A DNA stretch of 64,000 bases, taken from positions 1,054,001 to 1,118,000 of the forward strand of contig JAQOWU010000007.1 in assembly GCA_030867685.1 (NCBI GenBank), in the 5' to 3' direction. The notes below the pieces were generated by a model. That model saw only the letters and a program-made list of their open reading frames with translations, did not search any database and was not told the DNA's origin. A program made the translations under genes and the position numbers. Shown piece by piece: positions 10,149 through 19,843 of the stretch. The DNA comes from Wickerhamiella versatilis (taxonomy: Eukaryota). The number at the start of each line of letters is the position of its first letter. Positions within the stretch are counted from its first letter, which is position 1.

Positions 10149-11732
10149 ATGAATGGTTCTTGCGTCTGTGGCGAGGAACTGGCAGAAAGGTGTATTTATA
10201 AATGTGAACATACGCTTTGTCCCAAATGTACCTTGAAGCTGCGTGTTTTAATGAAAGATAAAAACTGTCCCTATTGTCGTCTGGAGAGCTCTAGTGTGGC
10301 TCTTGTAGATTCTTCGCCGTCAAAGAGATTCGAAGATGCACATATAGATTTTCATCGGTTTGGCGTATTAGTTGAATCAGATGCTTTGAAGAAGCAGCTC
10401 CAGCATATTCTGAATTATCCCTGTCCTAAGTGCGCCAAAGAGCTCGGTGGCCGTAAACAACTTAAGGATCACGTTCAGAAAGCACACCATCTTCTCATAT
10501 GTGATGTGTGTGCCCGAAATATGACCCAGTTCAGCGAGGACTATTCACTTTATAATTCGAAGCAGTTGGCTGCCCATCAAAAAGAGGCTCATATACGGTG
10601 CAAGTACTGCGATTGGACTTTTTATTCACAGGAAGATTTTTCCCGCCATTGTCGTAAGGAGCATGAGTACTGTTTTATTTGCGAAAGACAGGATCCAATG
10701 CACCCAAAATACTTTCCTAGTTATGAAAAACTTCGTGATCATTACCAAGCTGAGCATTTCATGTGTGGCGTACAATCTTGTATTGAAGACAGACATATTG
10801 TATTTGGTTCGAAAGCTGAGCTTCGTAACCACATGATTGAAGCACATCGCGATGTAATAGGACCAAATGTTCGTCAATTCCAGCGACTGGCTGTGAACGA
10901 TCTGGGACCGCAACCTACTAGCATTCAGCAAGCCGATGACGATGCACCAATTCCTGAGGAGAATTATCTTCGGCGATATGAAGAGCGGCTCAAAATTCTG
11001 GTCCGGCAGGATCCGGCAAAAATCGAGGCTGTGGATAAAGCCACAACAACATTCCTAACTAAAGTGGTCCCTGTCGCTGTTTTTATTTCGACAATAGAAA
11101 CGATTCTTTCTGGCACTTCTTCGGATGAAGTTACGGCCTTGTTGGAAGACTTTGTAAGAAGTGTTCAACTCAACGATCAGAAAAAGCGAGAACTGTCCTA
11201 TGCGCTAGCTCAAAGGTCGCCAAAACAACTACCTAAGACTGGACCCCAGCCACGAACTGCACAACCTCGTAATATGCTTGGTGGATGGAACCAGCAAGCT
11301 GTGAGGCGACCAGCAAGTCAATCTATGTTTGACAACCTGCCTCGTCTTGAGACGCGAAGGCCGCCAGCTTATCTTACCCAGCCTTCCCCATCCACATCAA
11401 GGAATCGAAATTGGGCCTCCAATTCCTCGTCGTCCTCGTCGTTCTCATCCATGTTGCAATCCCCGACCACTCTAAGACAGACATCAGTTCCTATGCGACA
11501 AAGACGGAATGGTCGTGGAACTGTGTTTGAACCATTCGCACCACAGCAAGTTAGTCGAAGGGCTGAAAGCCCTCAAGTGGACGGATCTATGGCATCTTCT
11601 GCTCCAACTCACCAGAGACCATCGCATATTAACATCTCAAGCCTCCCATCCCTTCCAACCCGGCAGGAGCGGTCAGCGCCAAACTCGAATCAGCGTAAAA
11701 CGGGTTCTAAGCGCGTTCTTAGGCTGGTTTAA
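10149..11732 (+). CDS. HEL2: RING/C2H2 E3 ubiquitin ligase of ribosome quality control (ZNF598-like)
   Basis: N-terminal RING 'C..C..CEH.LC..C.LKLRVLMKDKNCPYCR', tandem C2H2 fingers, low-complexity C-terminus. Confidence 0.85.
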   Translation: MNGSCVCGEELAERCIYKCEHTLCPKCTLKLRVLMKDKNCPYCRLESSSVALVDSSPSKRFEDAHIDFHRFGVLVESDALKKQLQHILNYPCPKCAKELGGRKQLKDHVQKAHHLLICDVCARNMTQFSEDYSLYNSKQLAAHQKEAHIRCKYCDWTFYSQEDFSRHCRKEHEYCFICERQDPMHPKYFPSYEKLRDHYQAEHFMCGVQSCIEDRHIVFGSKAELRNHMIEAHRDVIGPNVRQFQRLAVNDLGPQPTSIQQADDDAPIPEENYLRRYEERLKILVRQDPAKIEAVDKATTTFLTKVVPVAVFISTIETILSGTSSDEVTALLEDFVRSVQLNDQKKRELSYALAQRSPKQLPKTGPQPRTAQPRNMLGGWNQQAVRRPASQSMFDNLPRLETRRPPAYLTQPSPSTSRNRNWASNSSSSSSFSSMLQSPTTLRQTSVPMRQRRNGRGTVFEPFAPQQVSRRAESPQVDGSMASSAPTHQRPSHINISSLPSLPTRQERSAPNSNQRKTGSKRVLRLV

Positions 11733-11762
11733 TAATTACGATAAAGCTTCTGTAAATAACTA

Positions 11763-12572
11763 TTAGCAGCGTAAAGGCAGCAATTGTTGCTCTAAACACT
11801 TTTGGCGGCATAAGGGGCATTCCGGACGTTCTCTACACCACTCCGTTGCACAGCTCCAGCAGAAAATGTGCCCACAGAGGGTTGTAACTGGGCTTTTTAT
11901 AGGCTCTAAACACAAGTTGCATGTTCTTGATTGTGCAGGAATCCAAGACATCACATCAGAATTTTCCAGTGAAACCTCCACGGTATTGTGAGACTCTGCA
12001 GTTTCTCCTTCGATATCAGAGTGTATCCATGTTGATACATTATTGACAAGAGAGACGACTATTCGCAGTGCCATCAAAACTCCAAGAAATTGATAACCGC
12101 CATGCTGATCATACATAGACCGGCGGTGACCAAGAGCATAACGGAGTCCGAAGAGACGCTTTGATAGCTGATAGTAGGAGCCAAAAAAATAAAAAATCAA
12201 TAAATTAAGTTTTTCTGCTCTTTCAAACCACCGGTTACGAAGCAATCGCAAACCGAAAATAGGTGCTAATGAAGAGAAAAGCACGTAGGCAGCTCTTCTG
12301 GAGAGAGAAGGTAGGGTGCGCCATGGCGTCAAATAAAACAAGTCTACATACTCCTCTCCCAGTGTTCTCGAGCCCATTAAAGTGGTAATTATCAAATAGG
12401 TCGATTTGGCGGCAGCATCAATTTTGTCTGCATGAGCATGAACAAAACGTACACCCCGAAGCCAATGCAGCAATTCCCGAAATTGAGATTTCAATTGTAG
12501 CTCTGTTAGTACATCTTTTTGGTTTGAACGTACAACTTCTGGTGCAGAGGCGAAGCTAAACACCTCCTCCAT
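11763..12572 (-). CDS. PEX10: Peroxin Pex10 RING E3 ligase
   Basis: 'FASAPEVVRSNQKD', 'RTLGEEYVD', C-terminal RING 'CNLCLE..CGHIFCWSC..W..CPLCRQ'. Confidence 0.93.
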   Translation of the reverse strand: MEEVFSFASAPEVVRSNQKDVLTELQLKSQFRELLHWLRGVRFVHAHADKIDAAAKSTYLIITTLMGSRTLGEEYVDLFYLTPWRTLPSLSRRAAYVLFSSLAPIFGLRLLRNRWFERAEKLNLLIFYFFGSYYQLSKRLFGLRYALGHRRSMYDQHGGYQFLGVLMALRIVVSLVNNVSTWIHSDIEGETAESHNTVEVSLENSDVMSWIPAQSRTCNLCLEPIKSPVTTLCGHIFCWSCATEWCRERPECPLCRQKCLEQQLLPLRC

Positions 12573-12916
12573 TAGGGTTCGATGAATACGTATATATAGT
12601 AAGCATTGGTTGTCTGCAGTAAAGTTATGTTAATGTTTCACCGATCGGCAAGCAACCTTTTGGAGGTGAACTGAGATAGCCGTGGTCTAAATATTGGAGA
12701 ATTATGTAGCTGAATTAATTTTTAGGCGCGTGCATTATGGCTCTAAGCAATTATTGAAGGTGCACATTCAACTAACACAAATTCAAATCACCTTTTGATT
12801 CTTGCATGCGCATGCATCTAAGCTATGTTTCTAGAAAAAGAGATCTTGATACGTGACATCCTGACTTTGTTATATTATTTTTATCTGACGTAAGGTGGAT
12901 CTGAAGGGGAACCCAC

Positions 12917-15900
12917 ATGCCAGATGCCAGTGTGCCGGGGCCCGGGGTAGCCACATGGCAAAGAATTGACAAAGATGTCAACGAACTGCGTGTTTATGAC
13001 ATACTTCTGCGATGTGCAGTGTTCGATGCTGCCCTCAATGCGTCAGAGAGTGCTGCTGTAAATGAGCTCACTGAGCGTCTTCCTAAAGACGCGTTCAAAC
13101 TCTTGCTGGCCAAATTTAATAAATTGGCTCTTTCACCAAACAGCAAGCTTGATCCTTTCCTGAGGCGTACCTACCTTGCTTTCTACGCAATACTCCTTAA
13201 AGAAGAAGAAAGTGAAGTGAAAAGGAGTGACCGACCGCAGATTCTGATAGCACAATATCTCGGATGCGTTGCGAAGGAATTGCAGAATTATCCACATCCA
13301 TCTCCTCAAACGGCTGTTAACGATGCCGGGTGTCATTTCGTGGATTTGATGAAAGAGGTCCTGGCCAAACAAGCACCTGTGCTCGACCTTCAGTTAACGT
13401 CATACAAAAAAACTTTCTCAAAGCCGCATTTGGCCATCGGCTCAAGTCTTGTCGTTGAAACTGCCAAACTTTTTGGGGTCCGAGAAAGCATTTTGAGGGA
13501 TGACATTGAGAGAGCGCAGCTAGTTGTTTCTGATAGCGGTATAAGGCGTGACCTTGAGACTCTTATGGCTGATATTCGACATGATCAGCATCCAGTATAC
13601 ACCAAAAATGACTTTGGCTCTAACTGGGCTAGTTGGAAGGAGAAAGAGCTCAGTGAGATAAAGAACTTCTTACCGCCTGTTGAACCTGCACAAAAAGGTA
13701 GTGGTATTGTCCCACCAGACTGTCGCTCTTATTTTGCATGTGTATTGCGTAAGTGTTTATCCCGAGATGCTGCAATGGATGTTCCTCTGGGAACGAAATC
13801 TCAAAAATTAATTAGGCTTGTTCAGCGCTGGTGGCGTATTACAGACACTGCGTACGCCAGTATTGCTCTGCAAGTAGGTTCATTGGATCTTTTTGAAAGC
13901 TTGAATATTCAAATCGGAGATGATTGGCCGTTTTGTGATAGATTTTTAGCAATCGAAAGCTTGATTTCTTTACGAGACCGTCTGATATCGGACGCGAGCC
14001 ATTCTCTAAAGTTACTTTTCGATCCGTCAATGCCTAAGTTGGGATATATGGTGAGGCAGGTAGAAGTAGTACAAGATCTTTTGCATGAAGGATCAACACC
14101 AGATTTATCACGGCCGATCAAAAAGTCTATTGTACATGCGGCAGATGCTGAATATGACAAACTGATAGGAAAAATACCCCGCGATCAGTCGCTAGATGCT
14201 ATGCATATTGTTGATCTTGCCAATGAGCTAGTTTCAAGGGTAAAACGTATACAAAAAAAATACCCGCGACCATTATTAAATTGCAATATTGCAAAAATTA
14301 CTTGTATGCGTTTGTTGAGACTTTTCGCTGCAGATTTTCAGCCTATGTTTAAGCATTGTTGTGCAGTTGCATCAAGTCCTCTCAGCTTCGAAGACGTAAA
14401 GCACCTCCATGCGCAGCTTTTACTTGTTGATGACCTCTTGAAGCAGGTAGGAATCAAGGAGGGCCTAAATTGCAACTTCGAGAAGCTCTTGTGGCCCCAT
14501 TTATGGGATTGGGCGATAAGCAGTGCACGCGTATCTCAGCAATTCGTTGGACCTGCCCTGAGCCAAGATAAGTTTTTGCCTCTTGACCCCCCCGAAGTAT
14601 TGTTTAGTTCAAGTGTCAAGGATTTGTTTACAGGATTCCATTCAAGCTTCTCAATTGTTGATACACTGGATTGGTGTGACCAATATCATGTTGCTAAGGT
14701 CCTCACCAAAATTGTGGATGGTATCAGTGCTGCATTATGTGACTGGGCTGGTCAATTGTACATGATGCTTTTGAAGGAAATTGTACCACGAACTCAAGCA
14801 AGCTCCAGATCATCATCTACAAGCTGGCTTAGCGTGCCTGTTTCATCGATGAATAGTATGTCCATCTCGACGGAACCAGAATATTTTTCTGCTGAGACAT
14901 GCATTCGTCTCAATGACGTGTCTGCTGCTTTCAAGCAGCTTGTGGAGATGGAGGAGAGTGTCCAAAGTGATGTCATAGCGAGACGAATTCACTCACAAGA
15001 GCGGAGACAAGGTGTAGCAAAGGCATATGTTTTCACAGTGACCGTGGTGCGTGTTTCGGATACGCCCGAGACACTGAGAAATCCTTACGTTTCTTTGATC
15101 GATCAAGATACCCGTTCTCAGATTGGAAGAACACAATCTAATGAGGTAGGCACATGGAATCAATCATTTGATGTGGAAGCTCAAGGGTCCAGTCCACGGT
15201 TTTTGAAAGTTTTACTTTGGAATTCAGGAGCTTCTCAATATGACCTTGTTGGGCGCAGCGCGTTGAAACTCGATCCCAAGAGCTTTGAGAATCGTGACTT
15301 TGGCCTAATGGCAAAATGGCTTGATCTTGACTCTGGAAAAGGGCGTATACTGGTTCACTTCTCTCTTGATGTTCAGCGTGATGATATCCGATTCTACTTC
15401 GGAAAAGCTCTACGACAGCTATCGCGCACACAAAAAGAGATGGTGAATGCAATAGTGGAGCAATTTTCAGGGTATATATTTGAACTTATCTCGTTTAACA
15501 CTTTGAAGAACTTCCTGCAACCTAGTATCCTTCACAAGGAATTTTGGCGACGCCCCTCGCGCCCATCACAAACCGTATCGCCTGGAGATTGCCTTGTTCC
15601 TTTATACGACTACTTAAATAAAAATTTTCAGACGCTCGCTACTAATCTGACGATTTCGTTGAGATTGGATGTGATGATGCGTACCTGGGAGAGGGTTCTC
15701 GAAGCAATCGAGCAGATAATAGTTCCACCGTCTGAGGTACGAGTTTTAAGCTCTAAAGAGCTCGAGATAATCTATACATGGCTCGCTGAGCTGCGCGCCT
15801 TCTTCCATAACGAGGGTGCAGGACCAAGTCTTGAGTCATTGCAGAGTATAGCTCGATATCAGCAGATTATGGCGATTCCAGTTTACTATGATATATCTAC

Positions 15901-16189
15901 ATCAGATCTCAAGTCTGAGTGTGAGAAAATCATGCGTCAAGGGCTAGCGGTCTCAACGCGAAGCGCAGACGTTCTTGCGAGGCAGCGTACTGTTATGGCA
16001 CATCGGTCACGTCGTGCTATCGAATCGCAAAAGGCTGAACTCCGTGAGGTTGCTGCGCCAAGGTCTGACGACGTAATCTTGTCCATTCTTAGGTCCAGGG
16101 GTGAGCGTCATTTCTATGATCAACAAGTTAGGCTACGTGAAAGAATGCTGCTTCAAGAGAGTGCGCAGCGTGCAGTGCGCGGCGAATAA
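12917..16189 (+). CDS. Fungal Munc13-homology (MUN/MHD) and C2 domain protein (YOR296W/Git1-like)
   Basis: 'ALSQDKF.P...FSSSVKDLF', 'CIRLNDV', C2 domain 'FTVTVVR..PYVSL..IGRT..WNQSF', 'DDIRFYFGKA.R.L.RT', 'PLYDYLN.NF.TL'. Confidence 0.75.
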   Translation: MPDASVPGPGVATWQRIDKDVNELRVYDILLRCAVFDAALNASESAAVNELTERLPKDAFKLLLAKFNKLALSPNSKLDPFLRRTYLAFYAILLKEEESEVKRSDRPQILIAQYLGCVAKELQNYPHPSPQTAVNDAGCHFVDLMKEVLAKQAPVLDLQLTSYKKTFSKPHLAIGSSLVVETAKLFGVRESILRDDIERAQLVVSDSGIRRDLETLMADIRHDQHPVYTKNDFGSNWASWKEKELSEIKNFLPPVEPAQKGSGIVPPDCRSYFACVLRKCLSRDAAMDVPLGTKSQKLIRLVQRWWRITDTAYASIALQVGSLDLFESLNIQIGDDWPFCDRFLAIESLISLRDRLISDASHSLKLLFDPSMPKLGYMVRQVEVVQDLLHEGSTPDLSRPIKKSIVHAADAEYDKLIGKIPRDQSLDAMHIVDLANELVSRVKRIQKKYPRPLLNCNIAKITCMRLLRLFAADFQPMFKHCCAVASSPLSFEDVKHLHAQLLLVDDLLKQVGIKEGLNCNFEKLLWPHLWDWAISSARVSQQFVGPALSQDKFLPLDPPEVLFSSSVKDLFTGFHSSFSIVDTLDWCDQYHVAKVLTKIVDGISAALCDWAGQLYMMLLKEIVPRTQASSRSSSTSWLSVPVSSMNSMSISTEPEYFSAETCIRLNDVSAAFKQLVEMEESVQSDVIARRIHSQERRQGVAKAYVFTVTVVRVSDTPETLRNPYVSLIDQDTRSQIGRTQSNEVGTWNQSFDVEAQGSSPRFLKVLLWNSGASQYDLVGRSALKLDPKSFENRDFGLMAKWLDLDSGKGRILVHFSLDVQRDDIRFYFGKALRQLSRTQKEMVNAIVEQFSGYIFELISFNTLKNFLQPSILHKEFWRRPSRPSQTVSPGDCLVPLYDYLNKNFQTLATNLTISLRLDVMMRTWERVLEAIEQIIVPPSEVRVLSSKELEIIYTWLAELRAFFHNEGAGPSLESLQSIARYQQIMAIPVYYDISTSDLKSECEKIMRQGLAVSTRSADVLARQRTVMAHRSRRAIESQKAELREVAAPRSDDVILSILRSRGERHFYDQQVRLRERMLLQESAQRAVRGE

Positions 16190-16364
16190 ATTGCACTTAT
16201 TTATTTATAAATAATCCCCAAGGATGCCTATTTTATTGCATAATTTTATTAATGTATTGTGCTATGCCCTTAAAAGTAATGACATTAATAGTATAATAAT
16301 ACAAAGAAAATCCAATTGGTATTAATAGTGGTTTGCATCAAAATACGAGGAAGATATGCATCAT

Positions 16365-17960
16365 TCAATTTTTTCTCCAGAAATCCGTGAGACTTTTCTG
16401 ATTTGGCCTCTTTTTGGGAGTGCTCTTTTGGACCTTGGAACGTGGTTCTTTAATATTAGTTCTGGTGGAAATATCTGTTTCCAAAGCGAGCCGCTTAGCC
16501 AGATGCCAATCCTTATGTTCCTGTTCAGACTCTTCTACAGTTTTGTGGCAATCGAGACAAAAGTACCGGACATCTTCATCATCAACCCAGAGCTTTTCTT
16601 GTTTCTCAAAGGCGAGCTTCTCTTTTGGCTGATCCACGAGCGATGTTAGCTCTATAGCTAAAAACCAACAAGGCAACGGAACATGTTCCTCAACCAACGC
16701 CTTTGCATGTGCGAACAATCCTTCAGAGAGTTTTGAATGGCCCATAGCTGAGAGGTCAAGCGTGCGCCGTTGACGGCTAACAATTTGTCGATCTTTGTCG
16801 AAAAATCTTGTAACCATGGTCCGTGGACGCCAACATCCACCTGTATCTTCATCTTGGTCAACAATTCTTCCTAAGAGGTCTGCACAGAAAACTCTGAGCC
16901 AATCATGCACATCTTTGCGTGACTTAATCGACTCTGAGTTGGTAAAGTTCTTGACACTAGCAAGACTTTTAACAGTGGTACGCTGGTGAATTTCCGATGG
17001 AGAGCCTCCGTGTGCAAGTTCGTGTATTTGCATCGAAAGCCCAGGATCGAATTTCATCTGTAACTCTTCAAGAGTAAATTGTCTCAAGAACGCAAATTGT
17101 TTTTCCTCAGGTACTTGAAGAGAATCGACTACCATTTTTCCGAGCTTTCCTCCCCATCCCCAACAATCAGTGATCTTGCAATTATCCAGAAATTTCGTGA
17201 TCTGCGTCTCAGATATTGTTGTCTGATTGAATGGCTTCTTGTAAGCGGAGGCGAGCTTTGCTACGAGCTTATTCGAAGCAATGCCGGCAGAGCAAGTATA
17301 ATGAAGTTCATGTTGTATCCTGATTCGAATATCCCAAACTAGACAGCTCCCTAGCGCAGTTAGAACATCATGCCATGTCTGAAACTCTTCCGTACTCTGG
17401 TCAAAACGACCTTTCATATCAATACTGACTCGACAATTTGGCATTTCAGCTCCTTTTCGTGGCATTCGGAGCTCCGGATAAATTTCACATGCCCGATCGT
17501 AGACCTCTGGTCCTAGATCTACAAAGCCCTCGTCAATACCTGCCTTTTCAACTTTGGAAAATCCATCTTTCAATACCCTGAAAATTTTTCGGGACTCACG
17601 GCGAAAGAAATCGAGAGATACCTTATTATTTGCCATGGTCGGCAGCGTTCTCGGGAACTCCCACTGTGTCGAGCCCTTGTGGAATACTGGCACATGCGGG
17701 AGATGAATCTGCGGACACTTTTCGAGTGCATCTTTTACCAGCATACCACGTTTGACACCGAACGGCCTTGCTGGATAATTTACAGCTATCAAAGAGTTCC
17801 ACTGACGGCATCCCAATGGCTCTTTTGGATCAAGCCCTTCCTTGACGGTAAGACATTGAGCATAAAATGCATCAAGATCTATATGAGCAATTACTGCCAT
17901 TGGAGACTGCCAGCTTTGTTGGGTATTCAACATATCGAAGTGCCTCCATAGTTCACCCAT
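16365..17960 (-). CDS. RAD30: DNA polymerase eta (Y family)
   Basis: 'IAHIDLDAFYAQ', 'IAVNYPAR.FGVKRGM', 'EKAGIDEGFVD', UBZ finger 'CLDC..EHKDWH.A', PIP-like 'QKSLTDFW'; start moved to ATG 17960 by resemblance to yeast Rad30 N-terminus. Confidence 0.92.
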   Translation of the reverse strand: MGELWRHFDMLNTQQSWQSPMAVIAHIDLDAFYAQCLTVKEGLDPKEPLGCRQWNSLIAVNYPARPFGVKRGMLVKDALEKCPQIHLPHVPVFHKGSTQWEFPRTLPTMANNKVSLDFFRRESRKIFRVLKDGFSKVEKAGIDEGFVDLGPEVYDRACEIYPELRMPRKGAEMPNCRVSIDMKGRFDQSTEEFQTWHDVLTALGSCLVWDIRIRIQHELHYTCSAGIASNKLVAKLASAYKKPFNQTTISETQITKFLDNCKITDCWGWGGKLGKMVVDSLQVPEEKQFAFLRQFTLEELQMKFDPGLSMQIHELAHGGSPSEIHQRTTVKSLASVKNFTNSESIKSRKDVHDWLRVFCADLLGRIVDQDEDTGGCWRPRTMVTRFFDKDRQIVSRQRRTLDLSAMGHSKLSEGLFAHAKALVEEHVPLPCWFLAIELTSLVDQPKEKLAFEKQEKLWVDDEDVRYFCLDCHKTVEESEQEHKDWHLAKRLALETDISTRTNIKEPRSKVQKSTPKKRPNQKSLTDFWRKN

Positions 17961-18008
17961 CCCCCCCAGGATCGGGGTCGAAAACTCCCGCTTACATAAC
18001 ACGTACGA

Positions 18009-18014
18009 ACGCGT
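18009..18014. promoter_or_regulatory. MCB element (ACGCGT) upstream of RAD30
   Basis: Exact MCB hexamer about 50 nt upstream of the DNA polymerase eta ATG. Confidence 0.45.
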
Positions 18015-18159
18015 ACTAAAAAAAAAGATACAACGAAAAGGTAAGTAGTCAGTGACGAGTAGTTGTCGCCCCAAACGTAGTCTTCTATGACGACCGACAA
18101 CTTTGCCAAACATTCACACTGAAAATCTGAGACTAACATGTAGATTCGCTTGAGGTCGG

Positions 18160-19047
18160 ATGTTGCCTCTTGAATTCCGCGTCGCGGGTCTCTTCGTTAT
18201 GGCGGCCTACGGCGCGGTCGGGGACATATTATTAGTATCTATGTACAAAATGGATCTGTTATCCTTATATAGTGGCCCCCCAGCGCGCGTACACGATGTA
18301 TCTATCGTGGCGCATCGGCTAGCGCTTTTGTGGGTTTTAGGGGTCGCAGCATGGTTTGTCGGTGCCACATCGTGGTCTCCGTTGTTAACTTTAGGCGCGG
18401 TTCTTGGTGCATTGCTATGGGAAAGTCGTTTTCGCCATCTTCTACAACGGATACTGTTGGGTGGCTTGAGTCACGAACATCGTCTTGGTGACATTCTAGT
18501 CTCGGATACTTTGGTTTCGTTTGCCCCGATCCTTGTGGACTTGGCTGTATGTATTGTACGACCACAGGGAGGTCGTCAATCTTATGCCATTTTGGCCGCT
18601 TCGTTCCCACAAGCTATGCGTATGAAGCAATGCATTCTCGACTACCGCCGAAGCCATCAGCGTCAGCATCTTTTTAATTTTGGGAAGTATTTCGTAGGCA
18701 ATATTTCCCCAGCATTACGAATTCAGGCTCTTGCCAACCCTCAGGTCGCCGCCCATATACCCAAAGCACTGGCTGCTAATGCAATTTACAGCCTTATATG
18801 GGATGTTCACATGGACTGGAAGCTCACGAGTAAACGCCATTTTAGATTTGCCAGTGTATGGTATGTCTTGGCTGTACTAGCCGATACCTTCCTGCGGTTC
18901 GCTTGGATGCTTGCAGTTCCGACAGAGCTATGTGTCTTAGTACTCCAAGCAGCTGAGCTGTTCAGGCGTTGGATTTGGGTTATATTTCGGCTAGATTCTG
19001 AGGATGATTCATCTCTAGATGGTGAAATTGAACTCACGAATATTTAG
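18160..19047 (+). CDS. ERD1: EXS-domain membrane protein (Erd1-like)
   Basis: 'DILVSDTLVSF', 'RMKQC', 'HLFNFGKY', 'YSLIWDVHMDW', 'LRFAW', 'ELFRRWIWVIFR'; no SPX domain. Confidence 0.8.
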   Translation: MLPLEFRVAGLFVMAAYGAVGDILLVSMYKMDLLSLYSGPPARVHDVSIVAHRLALLWVLGVAAWFVGATSWSPLLTLGAVLGALLWESRFRHLLQRILLGGLSHEHRLGDILVSDTLVSFAPILVDLAVCIVRPQGGRQSYAILAASFPQAMRMKQCILDYRRSHQRQHLFNFGKYFVGNISPALRIQALANPQVAAHIPKALAANAIYSLIWDVHMDWKLTSKRHFRFASVWYVLAVLADTFLRFAWMLAVPTELCVLVLQAAELFRRWIWVIFRLDSEDDSSLDGEIELTNI

Positions 19048-19155
19048 GTCAAGCACAATTATACGTTGATTGCATATGACAAAATAATATTATTCTAAAA
19101 TTTTTTCTCAAAGCACTCAGTCTCAATAGTTTAAAATACTCTGAAAGCCATTGAT

Positions 19156-19782
19156 TCATCTCACCTTGTTCTTCTTGGCTAGCATCTTGCGCTCAAGTTT
19201 TGGCAAGTATCTAAATTTTTTGTGCTTCTTCTGAGCTTTTTGAGTAGTTTGACGAGGTGGTGTGCTAGAGCGCTCTACACTGTCGACATAAGAAGCATAG
19301 TTCTGCGCTTTCTCTGTTGACTCCTTGAGGACCTGCTCTGCACGAGTCATATCTACATAGGGATCTACATTGAGTTCCTCGACAGTGACGTCCGACCCAT
19401 CAGCAAAGCGTTTCTTCAAAATTCCCGAACTATCTTTAAAGCCCTCAAACTCAGAATCAGAATTATCAAGCTTTTCCTGGGGGCTACTATCACCTTTAAT
19501 GAACTTCTCTGCACGTTCATATTCCTTCACCTGTGCATCCAAATTCTCATGCTCGGCTTCCCTTGCTAGCTTTCTCTGCTCAATTCTCTCTTGCCGTGCA
19601 ATTTCCTCCGCACGTTTTTTCGCTGCCTCTCGTCTTGCGACCTTGCGTTTATGAAATCCCTCAAGATATTCTTTTCTCTTGCTGGGATCATAAGACACTG
19701 ACTCGGTACTATTATCCTTATGGGCCTTTTTTGCCGCATACTTGCGGTCTCCGCGGGTGAGCACATCACGAGTACTCACCAT
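19156..19782 (-). CDS. RRP17: Pre-rRNA processing factor Rrp17/Nop25
   Basis: 'VSYDPSKRKEYLEGFHKRK..RR', C-terminal 'KKFRYL.K.ER'; start placed at MVSTRDVLT. Confidence 0.88.
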   Translation of the reverse strand: MVSTRDVLTRGDRKYAAKKAHKDNSTESVSYDPSKRKEYLEGFHKRKVARREAAKKRAEEIARQERIEQRKLAREAEHENLDAQVKEYERAEKFIKGDSSPQEKLDNSDSEFEGFKDSSGILKKRFADGSDVTVEELNVDPYVDMTRAEQVLKESTEKAQNYASYVDSVERSSTPPRQTTQKAQKKHKKFRYLPKLERKMLAKKNKVR

Positions 19783-19843
19783 CCAATATTTTATTATTAT
19801 GTCAGCAAGCGTTAATTCATTTAGAAAATAAATAAAATCTAGT

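Noticed and set aside
12803..12816. 14-bp perfect palindrome TGCATGCGCATGCA in the PEX10 divergent promoter
   Set aside because: Single occurrence with no factor I can assign; a few such palindromes are expected by chance in 64 kb
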